64,000 bases of DNA from Alphaproteobacteria bacterium (GTDB taxonomy: Bacteria > Pseudomonadota > Alphaproteobacteria > Rhodospirillales > Rhodospirillaceae): assembly GCA_039908285.1 (NCBI GenBank), contig JAMOBE010000001.1, positions 21,155 to 85,154 on the forward strand, in the 5' to 3' direction. The notes below the pieces were generated by a model that was not told the DNA's origin, did no database searches, and worked only from the letters and a program-made list of their open reading frames with translations. A program made the position numbers and the translations under genes. Shown here piece by piece: positions 55,822 through 64,000 of this stretch (position 1 is the first letter of the stretch; each line of letters begins with the position of its first letter).

Positions 55822-56640
55822 ATGGCCGACGACGACGACCAGATCACCCTGAAGATACACGGACTCGAAGTCGACAACGATTTCGTGCTGGCGGACGTGT
55901 TCGCAAAAAAGCTGGGGGCCCTCGTCAATGCGCTCAAACGTGTGGACCGCCTGGAGCACGACAACAAGATTCGCCACCGATATATCATTGCCGATCTGAG
56001 ATTCGGCAGTGCATGCGCCACCGTTCGAGAAAAGGCGGTCAGTCTACGCAACCCGCCGAAAGCATCGAGCGTAAAGGGTCTGCTGAGTCTCGTATCCTCC
56101 ATCCATGATGGAGACACCTCCAGGGCTGCCACGTATCCAAAGCCGCTGCTTAATGACATCCGAATTATCACCTACGGCAGCGAGAAAATGTTCTCGCATG
56201 CGGAAATTCATTTCTGGCAAGGACGTGCATTCCGTATAGATAAGTTTCTTGAAGAGCGTGTCCGCGAAGTAACAGAAGTTGCGAATGATGACAATATACT
56301 GGCGTCACCAGGTTACTTCCTTGGCACTGCCTACGGGACGTTCGATGGCATGCTAGTCGTGCTGGACGCACGGGGCACGGTCTTGCGGGGCAAGCTGATC
56401 CTGGACGTCGGGAGGATCGAACTCGACTGCGTAATGAGCATGGACGAGATTCCGAATGTTAGGGAGTATTTCAAGAAGCACGTTTCTGTCGAGGCTGTCG
56501 CCCATTATGACGGTCATCAGCAGCTCCCCATACGTCTGGAGATCCGCAATGTAAGAGAGTTGGCCGAGGCGGCTGACCTGACGAGGTGGCGCGGGGCGAT
56601 TGAGCCGCGGGCGCATGATGACTTTGACGACGAGTGGTGA
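55822..56640 (+). CDS. Hypothetical 272-aa protein, upstream partner of the PIN nuclease
   Basis: MADDDDQITLKIHGLEVDNDFVLADVFAKKLGALVNALKRVDRLEHD...AIEPRAHDDFDDEW. Coding-like and AT-richer than its flanks. No family, TM helix, signal peptide or DNA-binding motif recognised. Confidence 0.65.
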   Translation: MADDDDQITLKIHGLEVDNDFVLADVFAKKLGALVNALKRVDRLEHDNKIRHRYIIADLRFGSACATVREKAVSLRNPPKASSVKGLLSLVSSIHDGDTSRAATYPKPLLNDIRIITYGSEKMFSHAEIHFWQGRAFRIDKFLEERVREVTEVANDDNILASPGYFLGTAYGTFDGMLVVLDARGTVLRGKLILDVGRIELDCVMSMDEIPNVREYFKKHVSVEAVAHYDGHQQLPIRLEIRNVRELAEAADLTRWRGAIEPRAHDDFDDEW

Positions 56641-56645
56641 GTCCC

Positions 56646-57215
56646 ATGCCTGAAGTAACCAACGTCTTCTGGGACTCGTGCGTGTTTTATGCGTATTTCA
56701 GCAACAATACCGACGCCTACGACGTCGATGGCATTGAGCAGTACGTCAAGGATGCCAGGCAAGGTTCGGTGGTGATCCATACCTGCGCGGTTGCCCTTGC
56801 CGAGGTCGTACCGAGCGCGTTTCGCGGTGGTCCATATGGGGATTTTCCAGCCTTTATGAAGGATATTCGGGGGGGACTCAGGGTTGTCAACCTCGACCCG
56901 AACGTGATGCTGCTGGCCGGGCAGTTGAAGGATCTGCCGTACCAAAAATCGAATGGAAGTCGAAAGCTCGGAACCGGCGATGCCATAATGCTGGCAGCGT
57001 GTATTTCTCTGTCGGAAGCCTACAGTGTCACCGTCGACGCCTTTCACACGTTCGACGACGGAAAGAAGCGTGGCGAGGATGGTGGGAAGGGAGTGCCCTT
57101 GCTGACATATGAGAAATGGTGTGAGGGGTTCGATGTCAGCCAGAAGGCCTTGGCCAGGAAAGTCATCAACCTGAATCGATGTCATCCGCAACACCCTTCG
57201 CCGAGTCTCCTATAG
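56646..57215 (+). CDS. PIN-domain nuclease with C-terminal extension
   Basis: The four acidic PIN positions appear in order: VFWDSCVF, ALAEVV, GTGDAIMLAACI, HTFDDG. The ATG lies 5 nt after the upstream stop. 189 aa. Confidence 0.75.
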   Translation: MPEVTNVFWDSCVFYAYFSNNTDAYDVDGIEQYVKDARQGSVVIHTCAVALAEVVPSAFRGGPYGDFPAFMKDIRGGLRVVNLDPNVMLLAGQLKDLPYQKSNGSRKLGTGDAIMLAACISLSEAYSVTVDAFHTFDDGKKRGEDGGKGVPLLTYEKWCEGFDVSQKALARKVINLNRCHPQHPSPSLL

Positions 57216-57263
57216 AGGCCCGTGCACTCTGGAAGGCGGCAGGGTAATCCGGAACACCCCCCA

Positions 57264-57647
57264 TCAGATCGGCTTGCCGCCAGGCGGATCGGCGGGGCGG
57301 GCTGGCGGAGTGCGGGGATCGGGGGGAGGAGCACCGGGGGGCGCCCCGGGGGGGCCGTCGCCCTTGAAGCCCTCGTAGAAGCGCCGCATCTTGCCCACCT
57401 GATCGTTGAGCCAGGGCTTGGCCGCGTCGTACTGGGACTGGGCTTCGCAGGCGGCGTGGTCGGCGGTGCAGCGGGCGATGCAGCCGACCCGGGCGGCGTC
57501 GCCCTCGGGATGGCGCTGGGTGCAGGCGTCGGCGCACCCGTCGCGGACGGCCCGGCAGCGGTCCGGCGGAGTCTGATCCCCGGCGGCGGCGGCGGCCGGG
57601 GCCGCCAGGGCGAGAAGAACGGCGGCGGCGGAAAGACTTCTCCACAT
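57264..57647 (-). CDS. Secreted Cys-rich / Pro-rich small protein
   Basis: Signal peptide MWRSLSAAAVLLALAAPAAAAAG. Eight Cys in about 60 aa (CRAVRDGCADACTQ...CIARCTADHAAC) and a Pro-rich tail. No family recognised. Confidence 0.6.
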   Translation of the reverse strand: MWRSLSAAAVLLALAAPAAAAAGDQTPPDRCRAVRDGCADACTQRHPEGDAARVGCIARCTADHAACEAQSQYDAAKPWLNDQVGKMRRFYEGFKGDGPPGAPPGAPPPDPRTPPARPADPPGGKPI

Positions 57648-57652
57648 GGCCT

Positions 57653-59476
<1,824 letters not shown>

Positions 59477-59489
59477 GGTCCACCCTCGC

Positions 59490-60887
59490 TCAGCCCTTGT
59501 TGCCGTCCTTGGCTTTGTCCTTGGCTTTGCCGTTGCGGCGGCGGTGGGCGGCGCCCCAGCCGGGCACCTCCCGCTGGGCGCCGCGGGTGACGGCCAGGGC
59601 GTCGGCCGGGACGTCCCGGGTGACCACCGAGCCGGCGCCGACCACCGCTCCGTCACCCACCTTGACCGGCGCCACCAGGGCCGAGTTGGAGCCGATGAAG
59701 GCCCCGGCGCCGATGTCGGTGAAGGCCTTGTTGAAGCCATCGTAGTTGCAGAAGATGGTCCCGGCGCCGATGTTGGCGCCAGCCCCGATCCGGCCGTCGC
59801 CCACGTAGGTCAGGTGGTTGACCTTGGCGCCCTTTTCGACCTTCGCCTTCTTGATCTCGACGAAGTTGCCGATGTGGGCGCCCTCGCCGATCTCGGCGCC
59901 GGGACGCAGGCGGGCGTAGGGACCGAGTTTCACCCCCGCGGCCACCGTGGCGTCCTCCAGGTGACAGAAGCTGTTGATCGTCACCCCGTCGGCCACGGTG
60001 ACGCCGGGGCCGAACACCACGTAGGGATGGATGACCACGTCGCGGCCGATCCGGGTGTCGTGGCTGAAGTGGACCGTCGTCGGGTCGATCAGGGTGACGC
60101 CCGCCTCCATCGCCGCATCACGCAGGCGGTCCTGGGCTACCGCCTCGGCGGCGGCCAGATCCTTGCGGGAGTTGACGCCGAGCAGCTCGTCCTCCTCGCC
60201 CTCGACGAAGGCGCACGGCGCGCCGTCACCCCGCGCCAGGCCGACGATGTCGGTGAGGTAGTACTCCCCCTTGGCGTTGGCGTTGCCGATCCGCCCGACC
60301 AGGTCGAACAGCCGGGCTCCGTCCACCGCCATGACGCCCGAGTTGCAAAGCCCGATGGCCCGCTGCGCCGGCGTCGCGTCGCGATACTCGACGATGGCGT
60401 CGAGGCCACCGTCGGCGCCCACCACCAGCCGCCCGTAGGCTCCGGGATCGCGGGGCCGGAAGCCCAGCACCACCACCGCCGGGGCGCCGTTGCCGCCGGC
60501 CCCCCCGCGCCTCCGGGCCTCCAGCATCCGTTCCAGGGTCGCGCCGGTGATCAGCGGCGTATCGCCATAGAGCACCAGCACATCGCCGGTAAAGCCCGCC
60601 AGCGCCTCGCGGGCCATGGCCACCGCGTGGCCGGTGCCGAGCCGCTCCTGCTGCACCACGCTGGTATGGGGAGCGGCGAGCTGGGTCACCGCCTCCATGC
60701 CGGGACCGACCACCACCACCACCCGGTCGACTCCAAGATGGGCGCCCCCCAGGTGAGCGACGGTATCCAGCAGATGGCGGAGCATGGGACGGCCGGCGAC
60801 GGGATGAAGGACCTTGGGCAGATCCGACTTCATCCGCGTGCCCATTCCGGCGGCGAGAATGACCGCCGCGATGTTGCGCTTTGTCAT
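59490..60887 (-). CDS. glmU: Bifunctional UDP-N-acetylglucosamine pyrophosphorylase / GlcN-1-P acetyltransferase
   Basis: AAVILAAGMGTRMKSDLPKVLHPVAGRPML at the N-terminus, with left-handed beta-helix hexapeptide repeats in the C-terminal half. Confidence 0.96.
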   Translation of the reverse strand: MTKRNIAAVILAAGMGTRMKSDLPKVLHPVAGRPMLRHLLDTVAHLGGAHLGVDRVVVVVGPGMEAVTQLAAPHTSVVQQERLGTGHAVAMAREALAGFTGDVLVLYGDTPLITGATLERMLEARRRGGAGGNGAPAVVVLGFRPRDPGAYGRLVVGADGGLDAIVEYRDATPAQRAIGLCNSGVMAVDGARLFDLVGRIGNANAKGEYYLTDIVGLARGDGAPCAFVEGEEDELLGVNSRKDLAAAEAVAQDRLRDAAMEAGVTLIDPTTVHFSHDTRIGRDVVIHPYVVFGPGVTVADGVTINSFCHLEDATVAAGVKLGPYARLRPGAEIGEGAHIGNFVEIKKAKVEKGAKVNHLTYVGDGRIGAGANIGAGTIFCNYDGFNKAFTDIGAGAFIGSNSALVAPVKVGDGAVVGAGSVVTRDVPADALAVTRGAQREVPGWGAAHRRRNGKAKDKAKDGNKG

Positions 60888-60998
60888 GAAGATTCAGGGA
60901 CCAGTACATGCAGCGTGGACGACGGCCCGCCAGCGTGCCATAACCGGCCCCCCTCGCCAAGCCAAACTTTTCCCGGCCAAACTTTTCAGGTGGAACCG

Positions 60999-61685
60999 AT
61001 GCGCACGACCACTGCTTGTCCATATGGCGTGGTGTTCGACCTTGACGGTACTCTGGTGCACAGCGTGCCCGATCTGCGGGTCGCCCTGAACCGGCTGTTG
61101 TCGGAGATCGGCGGCCGCGCCGTGGACGACGACGCGGTGCGGCTGATGGTTGGCGACGGGGTGGAGGCCTTCGTGCAGCGGGGCCTTGCGGCCGCGGGTC
61201 TGCCCCCGCCGGCGGATGCGGCGGTGCCGGCCCTGGTGCGGCGCTTTCTCGACCTCTACGAGGCCGCCCCGGCCGCCCTGACCCGTCCATGGCCGCGAGC
61301 CGGGGCGGCGCTCGGTTCCCTGCGCGCCGAGGGGGTGCGGCTTGGCGTCTGCACCAACAAGCCCACCACCGCCGCCATCGACCTGCTGGACCAGCTCGGC
61401 CTTTCCGAGTTCTTCAGCGGGGTGGTGGGACAGGGCTCCACCCCCTTCATCAAGCCCGACCCGCGGCCGCTGCTGGCGACGCTCGACGCCATGGGGGTGG
61501 CGCGTGAGCGGGCGGTGATGGTGGGCGACAGCGTCAACGACGTGCAGGTGGCCCGCAACGTCGGCATCCCGGTGATTCTGGTGAGCTTCGGCTACACCGC
61601 GGTACCGGCGCGGGAGCTTGGCGCCGACGCCGTGATCGACGACTTCGCCGACCTGGCGGCGGCCGTGTCATCTCTTTGGCGCTGA
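60999..61685 (+). CDS. gph: Phosphoglycolate phosphatase (HAD superfamily)
   Basis: GVVFDLDGTLVHSVPDL (DxDGT), CTNKP, KPDPRPLL, MVGDSVNDVQVARNVG. Confidence 0.85.
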   Translation: MRTTTACPYGVVFDLDGTLVHSVPDLRVALNRLLSEIGGRAVDDDAVRLMVGDGVEAFVQRGLAAAGLPPPADAAVPALVRRFLDLYEAAPAALTRPWPRAGAALGSLRAEGVRLGVCTNKPTTAAIDLLDQLGLSEFFSGVVGQGSTPFIKPDPRPLLATLDAMGVARERAVMVGDSVNDVQVARNVGIPVILVSFGYTAVPARELGADAVIDDFADLAAAVSSLWR

Positions 61686-61698
61686 GTCTCCAGAAACC

Positions 61699-61750
61699 GC
61701 GGGGGGACCGGGGGGGGGGGCGCGCCGCGTCCCCCGCCTTGTCTTGTTCC
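61699..61750. terminator. GC-rich hairpin with an 11-nt G tract between convergent gph and phosphoesterase genes
   Basis: GCGGGGGGA-CCGGGGGGGGGGGCGCGCCGCG-TCCCCCGC followed by CTTGTCTTGTT. Paralogous to 48804-48846. Confidence 0.5.
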
Positions 61751-61751
61751 A

Positions 61752-62558
61752 TCAGGACTCGACGGTCTCGATAACCTTGCCGTCGGGGGCGAAGAGGACG
61801 GCGGCGAGGGGGCCGCCGAAGCCGCAGCCGGTGTCCACGGTGGCGGTGTACTTGCCGACCAGCACGCCCTTCTGCCGGCGGGTAAAGCCGCGGACGACCC
61901 GGCGGAAACCCGAGTAGGGCTGGTGGATGGCGGTGAAGGTCTGGCTGCTCCACCAGAAGCTGTCGCTCTGTTCCGACAGCGGTCGACTGGGGTCGATGCC
62001 GGCGTGGACGAACAGCAGGCCATCGTCGGCCGAATAGGCGGCGTGGCGCAGCACGCTCATGAGCTGGGGATGGCCGTCGTTGGCATTGAGTTTGTCCCGC
62101 AGCCCGCCCGTCCAGCGGCTGAGAGCCACCGGCCCCTCGGCGGCGGCGGCCAGTCCCTCGCCCGGCTGACCGCCATAGGCGGCGATGGTCGCTCCGACTC
62201 CCTGGTCGAGCATCCACGTCAGCACCTGCCGGGGATTGGGGGCGATGTGGATCTGCAGCAGCTTGCGCCACATCTCCTCCTGGGCGCCCCGCAGGAACAC
62301 GATGTCCTCCGGCGCCAGGCCGTCGATGCGGGCCAGCAGGCCGCGGCGGAACAGCAGCATCTCGTTGACGGTTCCGCGCACGTCGGGGCCTCGGCCGAAA
62401 TAGTTGCCGAGATAGACCAGATGATCACCGGGCTGGAAAAGGGACTCGAGCTTGCGGTGAAGCGCGGCGAGACGTTCGGTCTCGCCGTGCACCGCCCCCA
62501 CCGCCCACACCCGAGCACCGCCACGGAGCGTCGCGAATATGTTATCGGATACCATCAT
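61752..62558 (-). CDS. Metallophosphoesterase (Ser/Thr phosphatase / ApaH-like)
   Basis: RVWAVGAVHGE, GDHLVYLGNYFGRGPD, VFLRGAQE and LLFVHAGI are the calcineurin-like phosphoesterase motifs. Confidence 0.85.
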   Translation of the reverse strand: MMVSDNIFATLRGGARVWAVGAVHGETERLAALHRKLESLFQPGDHLVYLGNYFGRGPDVRGTVNEMLLFRRGLLARIDGLAPEDIVFLRGAQEEMWRKLLQIHIAPNPRQVLTWMLDQGVGATIAAYGGQPGEGLAAAAEGPVALSRWTGGLRDKLNANDGHPQLMSVLRHAAYSADDGLLFVHAGIDPSRPLSEQSDSFWWSSQTFTAIHQPYSGFRRVVRGFTRRQKGVLVGKYTATVDTGCGFGGPLAAVLFAPDGKVIETVES

Positions 62559-62631
62559 GTCCAGGCCTGGGTCTCTCCTCGAGTCCGTGTCCGATTCCCG
62601 GACGGACCCTTAGGCCGGTGCGTGGTGGCAG

Positions 62632-63129
62632 TCAAGCGGCTTCCAGGAGCTTTTCAAGATTTTCCTTGGCGGCCTCGGTATCGATCTGCTCCACCGCGGC
62701 CAGTTCGCAGGCGAGCCGTTCCAGCGCCTGCTCATAGATCTGGCGTTCGCTGTACGACTGCTCGGGCTGGGTCGCGGTACGGTGCAGATCCCGAACCACC
62801 TCGGCGATGGAAACCGGGTCGCCGGAATTGATCTTGGCCTCGTACTCCTGGGCGCGCCGGCTCCACATGGTACGCTTGACGCGCGCCCGGCCACGCAGGG
62901 TGGTGAGGGCGGTGTCCATGACCTTGCGGGTCGACAGCTTGCGCAGTCCGGAGTTCTTGGCCTTGGAAATGGGGACGCGCAACGTCATGCGGTCGCGCTC
63001 GAAGCGGATCACGAACAGATCCAGTTCGATTCCTCCAATGGTCTGGGTCTCGATTTCGATCACCCGGCCGACCCCGTGGGTCGGATACACGACGAAATCA
63101 CCAGAGATGTACGGCAGCTCTCTCGACAT
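62632..63129 (-). CDS. carD: CarD/CdnL-family RNA polymerase-binding transcription factor
   Basis: GDFVVYPTHGVGRVIEIETQTIGGIELDLFVIRFERDRMTLRVPISKAKNSGLRKL...WSRRAQEYEAKINSGD. Confidence 0.93.
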   Translation of the reverse strand: MSRELPYISGDFVVYPTHGVGRVIEIETQTIGGIELDLFVIRFERDRMTLRVPISKAKNSGLRKLSTRKVMDTALTTLRGRARVKRTMWSRRAQEYEAKINSGDPVSIAEVVRDLHRTATQPEQSYSERQIYEQALERLACELAAVEQIDTEAAKENLEKLLEAA

Positions 63130-63872
63130 GCGTTCTTCTCGTGTTCTGAGTACTCGAAAAAATCCACGCCCTGGATGGGTGACGTGTGTCCATCATGTGT
63201 GCGTCCGGCGCATCGACGAGCTTCACCGCGCCAAGACCATGGCCCCCATCGGGCTTTTCAGGTCTCCGTAAGGCGCCGGATCGCGAATGGATACTCGTCC
63301 GCACCCCCCTCTCCCGGTCGGGCCCCGCTTTCCCGGGCCCTGCTTTCCCGGGGGGGCTTACGCACCCCCCGAGGAACGAGGCCACGACAAGCGAGCCACC
63401 GTGCACGCCAATTGCTTCATGGCGCCCACGGGCCACTGACCCGCGACTCAAGGCCATTCCCTCGTCAAAGCTCTATTAAGAAGGCTCGCCGGGGATGTTC
63501 CGGCGAACCCGTCCCTTATACCACGATATGTGTCCGAATAACACTGAAAAAAGCGTAGATGCACTGCGACATATGGTTGCGGTAGGCCATCAGGTGGCAT
63601 CCGACGGTGCGAGGCTCAGACGTGCCGTCATCCGGCCCTGTCCTTCATCTGGTTGGTGTCCGGGGGAGAATAACATCCGATAGTGATCCAAAACCATCGT
63701 GTCCTTGGTTTCGGCGGGTGATGGGCCTGGTCCGAGCGATCTCGCCGGCCTTCGTCCGTATCCACTGGCTGCGACGTCCGTGATCCGGAGTCACGGCTGA
63801 CGGCATTTCTTGCGATCCTGTGGTGGTCTGGTGTAGATACGGCGAGCAACCGGGGAAACGAAGCGGACGGAC

Positions 63873-64000
63873 ATGACCAGGAAGCTTTTCTCGGCGGAGC
63901 GGCGCCTGCTGTCCCAGGGGACGGAACGGGACGACACGGGGCCGACGATCGCCGACATTCTCGCCGCGGTCGCCGCCCTCAGGGAGGACGTGCGGGCCAT
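63873..64000 (+). CDS. Possible 5' end of a gene running off the right edge
   Basis: The open frame from ATG 63873 (MTRKLFSAERRLLSQGTERDDTGPTIADILAAVAALREDVRA) continues to the window end. Only 42 codons are visible and no family is assignable. Confidence 0.25.
   Translation, partial: MTRKLFSAERRLLSQGTERDDTGPTIADILAAVAALREDVRA

Noticed and set aside
59477-59489. glmS ribozyme or other leader upstream of glmS.
   Set aside because: Only 13 nt separate glmU and glmS, so the genes are co-transcribed. The ribozyme is a Gram-positive feature, and there is no room for it here.
63791-64000. 69-aa minus-strand ORF at the right edge.
   Set aside because: It is antisense to a more plausible plus-strand start (ATG 63873) and Arg/Ser/Ala-rich. 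Neither frame can be confirmed from the 128 nt available.

Overview
High-GC (roughly 65%) alphaproteobacterial chromosome segment. The gene order looks Rhodospirillales or Magnetospirillum-like, but that taxon call is inference only. Most of the window is conserved housekeeping: dnaA (partial)-rpsT, mutM, ubiE-ubiB, uvrA, panB, xerD, aroK-aroB, polA, comM, hemC-hemD-mic60-like-hemY, surA-pdxA-rsmA, a motAB pair, glmU-glmS, gph and carD. There are also tRNA-Phe(GAA), tRNA-Arg(CCT) and tRNA-Val(CAC). This backbone is interrupted by short, visibly AT-richer accessory insertions and by three families of intergenic repeats. The repeats are a 10-bp CACGGAT decamer-array inverted-repeat element (3 copies), a GGGGAGAGGG-hairpin REP/MITE family (at least 6 loci), and one IS110-family IS inserted in a REP cluster.

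The most unusual content, in order:
1. A minus-strand operon (24.1-28.5 kb) encodes a stand-alone C39 cysteine peptidase with its own signal peptide. It is flanked by secreted proteins that carry a double-glycine leader motif (LSxxELxxxxGG) directly after their Sec signal peptides. Next to them is a 700-aa repeat-rich, fibre- or adhesin-like protein that shares a C-terminal motif with the small subunit.
2. An AT-richer two-gene cassette (55.8-57.2 kb) pairs an unrecognisable 272-aa protein with a PIN nuclease.
3. An orphan, AT-rich class III nucleotidyl cyclase (3.4-4.8 kb) has a perfect 27-bp coding VNTR and sits between mobile repeats.

Many long ORFs in the supplied track are antisense or repeat-translation artefacts typical of high-GC DNA and are not called. 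All family assignments come from reading motifs by eye; no database search was run.
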